64,000 nt of DNA from an uncultured Rubrivirga sp. (GCA_964550285.1 CAZJYN010000001.1:50620-114619), one strand, 5' to 3'; shown: positions 19,642 through 29,650, counted from the first letter of the stretch. Notes: generated from the letters alone by a model not told the origin. Program-made: numbers and translations.

Positions 19642-20750
19642 GCAGGGATCCTGATCAACTCACGGGGTCGGTTGTTCAGCGAGCGGACACCCTCCGAGGT
19701 GCAGACCACGATGTCTTCGATGCGGGCACCGAAGCTCCCGGCAACGTAGAAACCTGGTTCCACGCTGAATGCCATGCCCGGCTGGAGGGCAAGATCATTG
19801 CCCTCGACGAGGTACGGCTCCTCGTGACTGTCAAGCCCGATGCCGTGGCCGATCCGGTGGATGAAGTAGTCAACCAACGGCGCCTCCTGCAGCGACGCCG
19901 ATGCCATCACATCGCGAGCCTTGCCATCGATCGACTCGCAGGTACGCCCCGGAGCAACGAATGAGCTGGCCTGTTGCTGCGCATCCAGTAGGACGTCGTA
20001 TGCAGCTTGGTACTCATCCGATGGCTCACCTAGGACGTAGGTGCGCGTGCAATCGCTGCAATAGCCAGAAGGCATCGTCCCGCCGATATCCACGACTATC
20101 GGATCCCCGACCTGCATCACCCGATCGGAGACCATGTGGTGCGGACTGGCGCCGTTAGGTCCGCTGGCCACGATCACGAAATCCACGCTCACGTGTCCGG
20201 CCTTGACGATTGCATCGGCGATCTGTGCACCCGCCTCGGCCTCCGTCATGCCCGGGCGCAGGATATCCGGCACCTGGGCGTGCACCGAGTCGATCGCTGC
20301 GGCAGCTTCCTGCAACCAGGCGACCTCTTCATCGGTTTTCACCAGGCGCATCGATTGCAGCAGGGTGCCAGCGGCCACCTGCTCGCGATCGGGCATCGCG
20401 TCGCGCAGTCGCAGTACCCGCTCGGCCCACATGTGGTCATCCACCGCCACCGCACCGGCTGGCAACGATGCAATCCGCGAGGCAACGATGGCGAACGGAT
20501 CCTCGGTCTCGGTCCAGGTGATCACCTCTCCCCCGCCGGTCGCGAACGCGCTGGCGCGGGCCTCTTGACCCTCGAGCTGCGGGGCCACCAGGAACGGCTC
20601 CCCGACGACCGGTAGCACCAAAGCAGTGAGGCGCTCGAGTGGTTTGGCGTCGTAGCCGGCCACATACCGAAGGTCGGCACCGGGTGTAATGACCATGGCG
20701 GAAACCCCGTGCTCGGGCATCGCCGCCTGCAACCTACGAATGATCTCCAT
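19638..20750 (-). CDS. M24 family metallopeptidase (Xaa-Pro dipeptidase/aminopeptidase P-like)
   Basis: DCTRT...HRIGHGIGLDSHEEPY...SVEPG metal-ligand motifs; 4-nt overlap with the downstream gene. Confidence 0.85.
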   Translation of the reverse strand: MEIIRRLQAAMPEHGVSAMVITPGADLRYVAGYDAKPLERLTALVLPVVGEPFLVAPQLEGQEARASAFATGGGEVITWTETEDPFAIVASRIASLPAGAVAVDDHMWAERVLRLRDAMPDREQVAAGTLLQSMRLVKTDEEVAWLQEAAAAIDSVHAQVPDILRPGMTEAEAGAQIADAIVKAGHVSVDFVIVASGPNGASPHHMVSDRVMQVGDPIVVDIGGTMPSGYCSDCTRTYVLGEPSDEYQAAYDVLLDAQQQASSFVAPGRTCESIDGKARDVMASASLQEAPLVDYFIHRIGHGIGLDSHEEPYLVEGNDLALQPGMAFSVEPGFYVAGSFGARIEDIVVCTSEGVRSLNNRPRELIRIPA

Positions 20751-20756
20751 CCCCTA

Positions 20757-20762
20757 ACGGTA
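20757..20762 (-). promoter_or_regulatory. -10 hexamer TACCGT, predicted leaderless promoter of the peptidase-amidohydrolase-lnt-ppm1-fxsA operon
   Basis: Reverse complement of acggta; 6-nt spacer to ATG at 20750. Confidence 0.45.
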
Positions 20763-20779
20763 GGCCGTGCCAGGATTCG

Positions 20780-21724
20780 GTGGTGACCCATGCTCCGGAC
20801 GCGATGATCCTCGATACCGCGTCCTTGTACTACCGCTCCTTCTATGCGCTTCCATCGTCCATGACCGCGCCCGACGGCCACCCCCACAACGCCATCCGCG
20901 GGCTGTTGCAGACCATCGAGCGGCTGCGTCAGCGCTTCGAGCCGACTGCGCTCATCGCCGCTTGGGACAACGATTGGCGACCGAACTGGCGGGTGGAGTT
21001 ACTCCCCAGTTACAAGATGCACCGGCTAGCAGAGGACAGCGACGAAGCCGAGGACGAGCCCGATGAGCTCAGCCCGCAGATTGCAGCGATCCACCAGATC
21101 CTGACCGCCTGGGGCATTCCGGTGGTGGGCGTTGACGGTTTCGAGGCCGACGACGTAGCGGGCACTCTCACGCACATGGCAGGCGAGAGTGGACTGGAAA
21201 CGATCGTGGTCACCGGTGACCGGGACTTCGTGCAACTGGTCGACGACACCACACGAGTGTTGATGACCGTGAAGGGTGGCATGGACGCCTGGCCACTTCT
21301 GGACGCGACAGCAACACAAGAACGCTTCGGGGTCTCCCCCGCTCAGTACCTCGACGTCGCTGCCCTACGGGGTGATCCATCGGATGGACTGCCTGGTGTG
21401 CACGGGGTCGGCGAGAAGACCGCCGTACGACTCATCTGCCAGTTCGGTGACCTCGCCGGGGTGCAACTCGCATGCGAATCAGAGCCGCTGGTTAAACCTA
21501 TGACGCCACGTCTCGCCGGACTGATCAGCGACCACGCCGATTACCTGCGTTCCGCTATGCAGGTCAGTGCCATCCGCCGAGACGTTCCCATCCCGAGTGC
21601 GAAGTCCATCCTTACAACCGCCATCCCGTCTTCCCCTCAGCATCCGCACGAGTGGGAGCACTCGGTCGATGTATGGGGCGTGCGGCGCTTCGCCGAGGGC
21701 GCGATGCAATCCGCGGTGAACTAA
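20780..21724 (+). CDS. 5'-3' exonuclease (FEN/Pol I N-terminal domain-like)
   Basis: VVTGDRDFVQL, LRGDPSDGLPGVHGVGEKTA (H3TH). The start may be ATG 20804 (MILDTASLYYRSFYA). Confidence 0.85.
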   Translation: MVTHAPDAMILDTASLYYRSFYALPSSMTAPDGHPHNAIRGLLQTIERLRQRFEPTALIAAWDNDWRPNWRVELLPSYKMHRLAEDSDEAEDEPDELSPQIAAIHQILTAWGIPVVGVDGFEADDVAGTLTHMAGESGLETIVVTGDRDFVQLVDDTTRVLMTVKGGMDAWPLLDATATQERFGVSPAQYLDVAALRGDPSDGLPGVHGVGEKTAVRLICQFGDLAGVQLACESEPLVKPMTPRLAGLISDHADYLRSAMQVSAIRRDVPIPSAKSILTTAIPSSPQHPHEWEHSVDVWGVRRFAEGAMQSAVN

Positions 21725-21815
21725 ACCTGCGCCATCTTGCGTGATTGCCTCGGGGCACGGGAAGTCTGCGATTCGGTCTGTGGCAATAGGGAACGCTCGA
21801 CGTGAAGGCCCGTGC

Positions 21816-24527
21816 CTACTCCAGCACAGGCGCGTAGCCCACCACTCCCCGGTCCAGAGCCGATGCGGCGTTCGCAGCCACCTCGGTGAGCCGCGGATCG
21901 CGGGCAGCCTGCTGGATCTGGCCGAGGACGTCGATCACCTGTCGGGTCCACCGAACGAAGTCGCCTGCGCTTACGTCGTTGCTGGTCAGGATGGTCAGCA
22001 ACGATGCACCCTTAGCCCAGCGGTAGATGGCCCAGGCCAGGCCGGCATCGGGTTCGGGGCCAGCGGAGAGTTTGTGGGCGCGCTCGACATCGCTGAGCTT
22101 GGCCCAGGTGCGAAAGAGCCCATCGATTGTCGACTCCACGGCACCCCCGGGAACGGCCGGACGCATCTCGCCTTCGCTACGCCGCGATTGGTAGACCACG
22201 CACGACACGACCGACGCCAGTTCGTGCGGCTGCAGGTCACTCCATTGACCGGACTTCAAGCACTGCGCGATGAGCAGATCGGACTCTGAATACAAGCCCC
22301 CGAGCATGCGACCGGACTCGGTGATGCGTAGATCGTCGCCCTGGCCGTCCAGGTAACCGAGATCGACGAGGGTCTCGCATACGCGGTCGAACTGGCGGGC
22401 GATGCTGTGGGTTCGGTTGCCGATGCGCTTTTCGAGGTCGGTGATCTGTCGCTCGGTGCGAAAGTAGCGCTCCGCCCACCTGGCGTGGGCCTCGCGATCT
22501 TGACAACCGTGGCAGGGGTGGGCGCGAAGCCGCGAACGCAAAGCTCCGATCTCGTCGTCGGCCCCAGCACCGGTGGTGGGCTCTTGGAAATCGGCGTTTT
22601 CGGCGACGTTCACCGCCTTCCTGGCGAGTTCGCGACGCATGGTCGAGTCCTTCGCCGAGAAGTTCTTCGGCACTTTGACCCGGCCCAGAGTGGGAACGGC
22701 CGAAGGGACATCGACGGTCGAAACTCGCCGGACCTGACGCTCGTGGGTGAGGACCTGCGGGCGTGGATCGTGCGGACGGTCGGCGGATGAGATCACCACA
22801 GCAGGTCCCGATCGCTTGCCACGCGGGATGACGAAGACATCGCCGGGACGCATCTTCGCCAGGCACTCCTCGGCGTTGGACTTGCGTCGAGCGGACGCAA
22901 CCCGCACCGCGGTCTTCTCTTGCTGGGTGATCTCCTCGCGAAGGCCCGCGTACTCGGTGAAGTCACCGAGATGGCAATGCATCGATTCCGCGTAGCCAGA
23001 TTGGGCCTCCTTGAGTTTGCGTACTTCCGAACTGAGACCGACAACGGACTGGTCGGCCTGGAACTGCGCGAAACTCGTCTCGAGAACCTCGCGGGCGCGT
23101 GCCCGTCCGAGTCGCCCGAGCAGGTTGACTGCCATGTTGTAGGAAGCGCGAAAGGACGAGCGGAGCGGATAGGTGCGGGTCGATGCCAACCCGGCGAGAA
23201 CTTCCGGGTCGAGATCATCGGCCCACAACACGACCGCATGGCCTTCGATGTCGATCCCGCGCCTGCCGGCGCGACCGGTGAGCTGGGTGTACTCCCCCGC
23301 CGTGAGATCCACGTGCGCTTCGCCGTTCCACTTCACCAAGCGCTCCAAGACCACCGAGCGCGCTGGCATGTTGATGCCCAAGGCCAGGGTTTCGGTGGCG
23401 AACACGACCTTGATCAAACCTCGTTGGAACAGGTCCTCGACCACTTCCTTGAAGGCCGGCAGCATGCCTGCGTGGTGCGCCGCGATTCCACGCTCGAGGG
23501 CTTCCGCCCAGTCGACGTAGCCCAAGGCGGCGAGGTCGTCGTCCGCGATCCCCATCGTGCCAGCGGCCACGGTCGATCGGATCGATTCGCGCTCCGGCCC
23601 GGACGTCAGCCGGATCCCGGCTCGCAGGCATTGCTCGACGGCGTCGTCGCAACCGGCCCGCGAGAACAGGAAGTAGATGCCCGGCAGCAGCCCTTCGGCG
23701 TCCAGCCGTTCGACCACTTCGCTGCGCCAGGGAGTCAGGGACTCGCTGCGCCTTCCGCGTCCAGTCTTGGCGTTTCGACCGCGTCGACGCATGGAGGCAG
23801 CCTGCGAGCGGCGCCGTGCAAGCGCCAGGAGTTCGGGATTGACCTCACCGTCGTCGAGGAAGAGGTCGTATAGGTGCCGGCCGGCCATGACGTGCTGCCA
23901 CAACGGCACCGGTCGGTGCTCTTCCACGATGATCTCGGTGCTGCCCCGGACCGTCGAAAGCCACGCGCCGAATTCCTCCGCATTGGACACGGTCGCACTC
24001 AATGCCGCAACGGTGACCTGCTGCGACAGGTGGATGATGACTTCCTCCCAGACCGCTCCTCGGAAGCGATCGGCGAGATAGTGCACCTCGTCCATCACGA
24101 CGAATCCGAGTGAATCCAACGTACGAGAACCCGCGTAGAGCATGTTCCGCAGTACTTCGGTGGTCATGACCACGATCGGGGCTTCTCCGTTGATGGAGTT
24201 ATCGCCGGTGAGGAGGCCGACTCGATCCGAACCGTGGCGTTCGCTGAGTTCGGCGAACTTCTGGTTTGACAGCGCCTTGATGGGGGTCGTGTAGAAGCAT
24301 TTGACGCCGCGTTCGAGGGCCAGGTGGATCGCGAACTCCCCCACGACGGTCTTGCCCGAACCGGTTGGTGCTGCCACGAGAACCCCAGAACCCTGCTCGA
24401 GTGCAGCACACGCCTGGATCTGAAAGTGGTCGAGCTCGAAGGGGTACTCCCGGGTGAAGGCGGTCAGCGACGGTTGACCAGCCCGCTCTCGAGAGCGGGC
24501 GTAACGCTCCGCCGGCGATGGGGACAC
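21816..24527 (-). CDS. helY: Ski2-like DEAD/DEAH-box RNA helicase HelY
   Basis: 903 aa with motif I AAPTGSGKT and motif II MDEVHY, plus a C-terminal DSHCT-like region. Lies beside tatC as in mycobacteria. Confidence 0.9.
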   Translation of the reverse strand: MSPSPAERYARSRERAGQPSLTAFTREYPFELDHFQIQACAALEQGSGVLVAAPTGSGKTVVGEFAIHLALERGVKCFYTTPIKALSNQKFAELSERHGSDRVGLLTGDNSINGEAPIVVMTTEVLRNMLYAGSRTLDSLGFVVMDEVHYLADRFRGAVWEEVIIHLSQQVTVAALSATVSNAEEFGAWLSTVRGSTEIIVEEHRPVPLWQHVMAGRHLYDLFLDDGEVNPELLALARRRSQAASMRRRGRNAKTGRGRRSESLTPWRSEVVERLDAEGLLPGIYFLFSRAGCDDAVEQCLRAGIRLTSGPERESIRSTVAAGTMGIADDDLAALGYVDWAEALERGIAAHHAGMLPAFKEVVEDLFQRGLIKVVFATETLALGINMPARSVVLERLVKWNGEAHVDLTAGEYTQLTGRAGRRGIDIEGHAVVLWADDLDPEVLAGLASTRTYPLRSSFRASYNMAVNLLGRLGRARAREVLETSFAQFQADQSVVGLSSEVRKLKEAQSGYAESMHCHLGDFTEYAGLREEITQQEKTAVRVASARRKSNAEECLAKMRPGDVFVIPRGKRSGPAVVISSADRPHDPRPQVLTHERQVRRVSTVDVPSAVPTLGRVKVPKNFSAKDSTMRRELARKAVNVAENADFQEPTTGAGADDEIGALRSRLRAHPCHGCQDREAHARWAERYFRTERQITDLEKRIGNRTHSIARQFDRVCETLVDLGYLDGQGDDLRITESGRMLGGLYSESDLLIAQCLKSGQWSDLQPHELASVVSCVVYQSRRSEGEMRPAVPGGAVESTIDGLFRTWAKLSDVERAHKLSAGPEPDAGLAWAIYRWAKGASLLTILTSNDVSAGDFVRWTRQVIDVLGQIQQAARDPRLTEVAANAASALDRGVVGYAPVLE

Positions 24528-24549
24528 GGAGCCAACACTAGGTGGCTGC

Positions 24550-25464
24550 TCACACCAACACCCGCAGCGCTTCGGGCACGACCAGGATCGTGGCAGGTAA
24601 TGGCCCTATTCGTTCCCCGTCGGCGAAGACCAGGGAGTCGGGGGCGTCTATTCGGAGTCGGGAACTGCGCCAGGTGGCAACGGAGGGATGTTCGATGTGT
24701 CGCCCGGAATACACCTGCGGTAACACTGACACGAAGGTGTGCTTAGGCGTATTCATCACGACTGTGACGTCGAATTGGCCATCGCTCATGTCCGCGTCCG
24801 GGCAGACATACATTCCCGAACCGTAGGCCGGGCCGTTCCCGACAGCCACGATCATCGCCGCCATGCTTCGGTCGGTGCCGTCGCTGTCGATCGCGTACCA
24901 GCGTGGTCGCAGGACCGGGAACTCCCGCGCCACGCTCAGTAGGTATCGGGCACGGCCGACCTTGGCCGGCATCGAGTTCGCTCGGACATTTACGTCGGAG
25001 TCGAAACCGCAGGACAGGACGCCCAGGAAGTAGTGCGGGCCGCAAGACTGGGCATCTTCGCCTTCGAGATGCACCGAACCTACGTCCACTGTGCGGGCCT
25101 GACCGCGCTGGATCACTTCGGCGAACTCGGTTTCGGTTTCGGCCGGCGTGCCACCGATTCCGCGAATGATGTCGTTCCCGGTGCCGACCGGCCAGATCCC
25201 GAGGGTGGGAGGAGAAGCGGTGGGCTGTGTGTGCTCCGACGCCATCAACCCCTGAAGGCAGTCATGGACGGTGCCGTCACCACCGCATGCGATCACCGGC
25301 CCGCTATGCGCCACTTGCGCTGCGATCTTTCGCGTCGCTTGCCGGTCAGCTGGAACGTGGACGTGGCATTCGATGCCATGGTCGGTGAGGACCCTCGCCA
25401 AGGAGCCGGCTACCGGCACCGCCCGACCACCCCCGGCTGCGGGGTTGGCGAGAATGTGGATCAC
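24550..25464 (-). CDS. diacylglycerol kinase family lipid kinase
   Basis: ACGGDGTVHDCL catalytic-domain motif; 304 aa. Confidence 0.8.
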   Translation of the reverse strand: MIHILANPAAGGGRAVPVAGSLARVLTDHGIECHVHVPADRQATRKIAAQVAHSGPVIACGGDGTVHDCLQGLMASEHTQPTASPPTLGIWPVGTGNDIIRGIGGTPAETETEFAEVIQRGQARTVDVGSVHLEGEDAQSCGPHYFLGVLSCGFDSDVNVRANSMPAKVGRARYLLSVAREFPVLRPRWYAIDSDGTDRSMAAMIVAVGNGPAYGSGMYVCPDADMSDGQFDVTVVMNTPKHTFVSVLPQVYSGRHIEHPSVATWRSSRLRIDAPDSLVFADGERIGPLPATILVVPEALRVLV

Positions 25465-26297
25465 GAGCCATCGTCCAGCGGGGACACCTCGTCGTCATCC
25501 CATTCGCTGTAGTTCGGGCCCAGTAGCCCGCGCTTGGCGCGTCGTCGATCGTTGAGCAACGCGATCCCGACGGCTGCTGCCACGAGCAGCAGGATCGGAC
25601 CGGCTAGGAGCGCCAAGTTGATGGGATCGCCGGTGGGTGTGGCAACCGCCGCGAAGATGAAGACGATGAAGATGATCCAACGCCACCAGGACACCAAACG
25701 CTTACCACTCAAGATCCCCGCGAAGTTGAGCGCCACGATGAAAAGTGGGGTCAAGAAGCCGACACCGAAGACGATGACCGTTCGCAAGAAGAAGGACAGG
25801 TAGCGGTCAACGGACACGATGTTCTCGACGTTCTCAGGGGTGAAGCCGAGCAGGATCTGCAAGCCGACGGGCAACACCAGATAGGCGAGCACGGTGCCGC
25901 CGAGGAATAGGGGGGTAGCAACCGCCACGAAAGCGATACCCCAACGCTTCTCATGGGTGTGCAGGCCGGGCGTGACGAAGCGCCAGAGTTGATAGAGCCA
26001 GATGGGTGAGGCGATCACGATGCCGGTGATGGCAGCCACCTGTAGCTGCAGGACGAACGGGTCGGTGACGCCGGTCAGTGCCAAGGTGACGTCGCGACCT
26101 TCATCTTGCGCTTGCGCGACGGCGCCTTCGAAGGGGCGCTCGAGGAGGGCGAAGATGTCGGGGTAGAGGATCCAGCCGACGACCATCCCAAGCACGATCG
26201 CGATGCCCGACTTCACCAACCGCGAACGCAGTTCGCGAAGGTGGTCGGTCAGCGGCATCGCCGCTTTCCGATCATGGCCCTGTTCTCGAATAGCCAC
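25461..26297 (-). CDS. tatC: twin-arginine translocase subunit TatC
   Basis: MPLTDHLRELRSRL..., six TM segments, 278 aa. Confidence 0.9.
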   Translation of the reverse strand: MAIREQGHDRKAAMPLTDHLRELRSRLVKSGIAIVLGMVVGWILYPDIFALLERPFEGAVAQAQDEGRDVTLALTGVTDPFVLQLQVAAITGIVIASPIWLYQLWRFVTPGLHTHEKRWGIAFVAVATPLFLGGTVLAYLVLPVGLQILLGFTPENVENIVSVDRYLSFFLRTVIVFGVGFLTPLFIVALNFAGILSGKRLVSWWRWIIFIVFIFAAVATPTGDPINLALLAGPILLLVAAAVGIALLNDRRRAKRGLLGPNYSEWDDDEVSPLDDGS

Positions 26298-26305
26298 CGA
26301 GGTGG

Positions 26306-26584
26306 TTAGCCGTCAGTGCGGCTTCGGTCCGGCGTCTCCGTTGTTTCGGGGACGTCGGATGCGCTGGAGGTCTCGCTACCGATCTCCTGCTTCGACTCGT
26401 GCGCGGAGTCGATGGCGTCGGACGATTGGTGGTCGCCGTCCTCCACTAGCCCCTTGGTCTCGGACTTGAAGATGCGCAGGGAGCGACCGAGTCCGCGCGC
26501 AGCGTCGGGAAGCCGCTTCGCGCCGAACAAGAGCACGACGAGAGCGACGATGATGAGCAGCTCTTGCCAGCGTAGGTTCGGCAT
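26306..26584 (-). CDS. tatA: twin-arginine translocase subunit TatA
   Basis: [35 protein letters not shown]; SD gagggaga upstream. Confidence 0.9.
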   Translation of the reverse strand: MPNLRWQELLIIVALVVLLFGAKRLPDAARGLGRSLRIFKSETKGLVEDGDHQSSDAIDSAHESKQEIGSETSSASDVPETTETPDRSRTDG

Positions 26585-26644
26585 GGGTTCTCCCTCGCGA
26601 TGCTGTGGACGCCCCGTGCTTGGGACGCGCAGACCATTAACAGT

Positions 26645-27646
26645 CTAACCCCGGGTAGCGCCGGGTGTACGGAGCCGGGCCAGCTTCTCGCTGGCTATCT
26701 GGACCAATCGCTCGCGAAGCGGCTCTGGCTCTAGGAGCGCCACATCGGGGCCCCTGCCTAGGCAAAAGCGCAGCAGGTAACCATCCGAGGCATAGGAGAT
26801 GCGCCCGGTAGGCCATTCGCGGCCGTCGTCCGGGTTGAGCCAGGTGGCACCGTCGGGCTCGACCGGGTCGCTATCCCAGACCCACGCCGCGTTTGGATCC
26901 ACGGCGATTCGAGCCCGGGGCGCGTCCGGCGGCAGACCGGTCGTCTCGACGAGGCGGCCATCTGCGAGGTCGGCACCCAAGGCACCTTCGGCGCCTCGCG
27001 GAGCGGGCACCACGTTCGCCGCCAAGATGCGATCCACGCGGAAGGTGCGGATGTCCTGCGCTTGCTCGCACCAAGCCTCGACGTAGGCGAAGCCCTCCAC
27101 GGTGTAACTGGCTCGCGGAGCTATGACCCGGCGGGTGATCGAATCCCGGCTCGCGGATGCGTACTCCACTTCTAGGCCCTGTGCACCGGCGATCGCCTCG
27201 GATACGGCATCGAGGATCGCGGGATCCCCCTCGATCTCGACATCGACGTCGGGGGTGGACGAAGCCGCTTGTTCGAGCTTGCCCATGGCCGAGCGCAGCG
27301 CCTCGCGATCGTGTTCGCCGGGAACCTGGGCAAGTACGCGCAGGGCAACCACCAATGCTGCTGCCTCCTCCCCCGTCAACCGCAGCGGTCGATCCAAGGT
27401 CATGGGGTCGAGCACGTGGATGCGGTCGTCGTCCCAGAACTGGATGTCGACGAGTTGATCGGGGCCGTATCCCGGTATGCCGCAGACGATCAATTGCCAC
27501 AGATCCGTGGTGAGTTGGTCGACGGAAACCTGGAAGTGTTCGGCGGCTTGCTGGATCGTGACGCCGTCATGCGCCCGTAGCCACGGAACCATCGCCAGCA
27601 AGCGAGCCAAGCGTGTTGCAGCCGGTTCACTCATTGTTCGTGCCAA
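26645..27646 (-). CDS. pafC: WYL-domain transcriptional regulator PafC
   Basis: HTH (RLARLLAMVPWLRAHDGVTIQQAAEHFQVS) plus a WYL-type middle domain; second of the paired regulators after pafA. Confidence 0.8.
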   Translation of the reverse strand: MARTMSEPAATRLARLLAMVPWLRAHDGVTIQQAAEHFQVSVDQLTTDLWQLIVCGIPGYGPDQLVDIQFWDDDRIHVLDPMTLDRPLRLTGEEAAALVVALRVLAQVPGEHDREALRSAMGKLEQAASSTPDVDVEIEGDPAILDAVSEAIAGAQGLEVEYASASRDSITRRVIAPRASYTVEGFAYVEAWCEQAQDIRTFRVDRILAANVVPAPRGAEGALGADLADGRLVETTGLPPDAPRARIAVDPNAAWVWDSDPVEPDGATWLNPDDGREWPTGRISYASDGYLLRFCLGRGPDVALLEPEPLRERLVQIASEKLARLRTPGATRG

Positions 27647-27655
27647 TGTCCGTTG

Positions 27656-28594
27656 TCATCGGTGCGCCGCCACTGTGTCCTGCAAACTGCGAGCGAGTTC
27701 TCCGACCAGATCAGCCGGTTCCTGCAACACGACGGCCTCATCGGCTCTGCGCAGTAACGACAACAGATCCGATCGGGCAGCGGTGATCAGCCAGGTCTCG
27801 TCGGCTAACTGCGCACTGCCCGGCAGGCGTCGCAATTCAGCGCCGGCACCCTCGGGGATCGTGATGGTGGCACGAACTTCGTCCTCGGAATCCGGTGTGA
27901 GCGTGATGCGGGTGGTCCTTGATCGTTCGGGTGCCGCAGTGGCAGTGACCGTGACCGAGCCGTGGATCCGCGAGAGCCGGAATACCCGTTCTTCCTGGCG
28001 GTCGCGATCCCAACCGATCAGGTACCAGCGGCCTTCGAGTGAGCGAACGGTCCAAGGTTCGACGGTACGCACCTGTCCATCGGTAGCGCCCGCCTTGCGG
28101 TACTCGAAGCGCACGAGGCGATGATCGCGGATGGCTCGCATGAGCGGTAACAGGGCCGCATCACTCGCAGATACCGACCCGAACGTCGACGGCAATCCAA
28201 CCGAGTTGACGTTGGATTGAGGCGATACGGCTTCGAGTTTGCGTAAGGCGGTAACGGCCGCGGGCGCGAGCACCGCTTCGTCCCAAACCCGCGCGGCGAC
28301 CGAGAGGACCGCCAATTCCTCCACCGTCAGCTCGATGTCGCTTTGCTGGTAGTCCTGCACGTCGATGCGATAACCCTGAACCTCGCCATGGACGTCGGCA
28401 ACAGTGGCCACCGGGATTCCCATCGCGCGAAGCTCGTCCTTATCTCGTTCGAACATGCGCTCGAAAGCGGCCACCGTCGCATTCGGGTCGTAGCCGATCA
28501 CCGATCCTTGGATCACCGATCGTGGCACCGGATGTGGCGCAGCCAACAGGGCGATGACCACGTTCAACAGCCGCTCGGTGCGCGAGACCTCCAT
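27656..28594 (-). CDS. pafB: WYL-domain transcriptional regulator PafB
   Basis: HTH (RTERLLNVVIALLAAPHPVPRSVI), WYL-like core RWYLIGWDRDR; first of the pair. Confidence 0.8.
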   Translation of the reverse strand: MEVSRTERLLNVVIALLAAPHPVPRSVIQGSVIGYDPNATVAAFERMFERDKDELRAMGIPVATVADVHGEVQGYRIDVQDYQQSDIELTVEELAVLSVAARVWDEAVLAPAAVTALRKLEAVSPQSNVNSVGLPSTFGSVSASDAALLPLMRAIRDHRLVRFEYRKAGATDGQVRTVEPWTVRSLEGRWYLIGWDRDRQEERVFRLSRIHGSVTVTATAAPERSRTTRITLTPDSEDEVRATITIPEGAGAELRRLPGSAQLADETWLITAARSDLLSLLRRADEAVVLQEPADLVGELARSLQDTVAAHR

Positions 28595-28598
28595 GGTC

Positions 28599-28967
28599 TT
28601 AGCGAACGTCCACCAAGTCGATCATGAAGACCAGCGTGCAGCCTGATAGCCGATGCCCGCCACCGGCAGGTCCGTAGGCCAATTCCGGTGGGATGACAAG
28701 TTGTCGACGGCCACCGACCCGCATCCCCGGGATCCCCTCCTGCCAGCCGGCGATCAGCCCGGACAGCGGGAAGACGATCGTCTCGCCTCGATCCCACGAC
28801 GCATCGAATTGCTCCCCCGTCGCGAAGTCGACGCCCACGTAGTGCACTTCGACGGTGTCACCCGCCGAGGCTTCCGTACCGTCGCCGACGACGATGTCGG
28901 TAACCTCCAAGACCTCCGGTGGCGGGCCTTCGATGAAGTCGATCTCGGGCTTCTCGCTCATGTGCAT
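28599..28967 (-). CDS. FKBP-type peptidyl-prolyl cis-trans isomerase (cytoplasmic)
   Basis: GDTVEVHYVGVDFATGEQFDASWDRGETIVFPLSGLIAGWQEGIPGMRVGGRRQLVIPPELAYG; SD aggaga upstream. Confidence 0.9.
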   Translation of the reverse strand: MHMSEKPEIDFIEGPPPEVLEVTDIVVGDGTEASAGDTVEVHYVGVDFATGEQFDASWDRGETIVFPLSGLIAGWQEGIPGMRVGGRRQLVIPPELAYGPAGGGHRLSGCTLVFMIDLVDVR

Positions 28968-29035
28968 CCCATCTCCTAGCGAACTAACGACGAACTATCG
29001 ACTCGCCGATCACTTCTCAATAGTGCGCGCCGGTG

Positions 29036-29626
29036 CTATTGCGCCGTTCCCAGCAATTCGACGACGAAAACCAACGTCTCACCTGGTTCGATCCCCGGCG
29101 GTGGGTTATCGCCGTAGGCGAGATCGCTGGGGATGACCAGGACGCGGCGTTCGCCGACCTGCATCCCCGGAATCCCGTCAACCCAGCCTTGGATGAGTTG
29201 TCCTTGGGAGAGAGGGAAGGTCGCCGGGGTGCCGCGAGCCCACGATGAGTCGAACAGCGCACCGGTGGCCAGTCCCACACCGCAGTACTCCACCGTGATG
29301 ATGTCGTCCAGGGCCGCCTGCTCACCGCTGCCGGCCCGAATCTCGGTGGAAACCAGTTCCGCCGCCGGCGCGGCGCCTTCGCGGACGTAGACCGTCGGTA
29401 CGTCCTCGTCCAAGACGGACACGTCCGGGATGACCGCGGTACCTGAAGCAGAGTCGGCTTCGGTGGGTTCGCCTGACGACGCGCAGTCGGTGACCAGGAA
29501 ACTGCCCTCATTGGCAACCGGGGTAGCCCCTGAGCCAGCGGGTGAGGAATCGCCGCAGGCGCTGAGCGCGGCGACGAGGAGGACGGAGGACACGGCGGCG
29601 ATGCTGCCGCGGCGGGTGAACGACAT
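29036..29626 (-). CDS. FKBP-type peptidyl-prolyl isomerase, predicted lipoprotein
   Basis: Lipobox LVAALSAC after a signal peptide, then an FKBP domain (ITVEYCGVGLATGALFDSSWARGTPATFPLSQGQLIQGWVDGIPGMQVGERRVLVIPSDLAYG). Confidence 0.85.
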   Translation of the reverse strand: MSFTRRGSIAAVSSVLLVAALSACGDSSPAGSGATPVANEGSFLVTDCASSGEPTEADSASGTAVIPDVSVLDEDVPTVYVREGAAPAAELVSTEIRAGSGEQAALDDIITVEYCGVGLATGALFDSSWARGTPATFPLSQGQLIQGWVDGIPGMQVGERRVLVIPSDLAYGDNPPPGIEPGETLVFVVELLGTAQ

Positions 29627-29632
29627 CCCGGC

Positions 29633-29638
29633 AGGCTA
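29633..29638 (-). promoter_or_regulatory. -10 hexamer TAGCCT, predicted leaderless promoter of FKBP lipoprotein gene
   Basis: Reverse complement of aggcta; 6-nt spacer to ATG at 29626. Confidence 0.4.
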
Positions 29639-29650
29639 CGCCACCGACGG

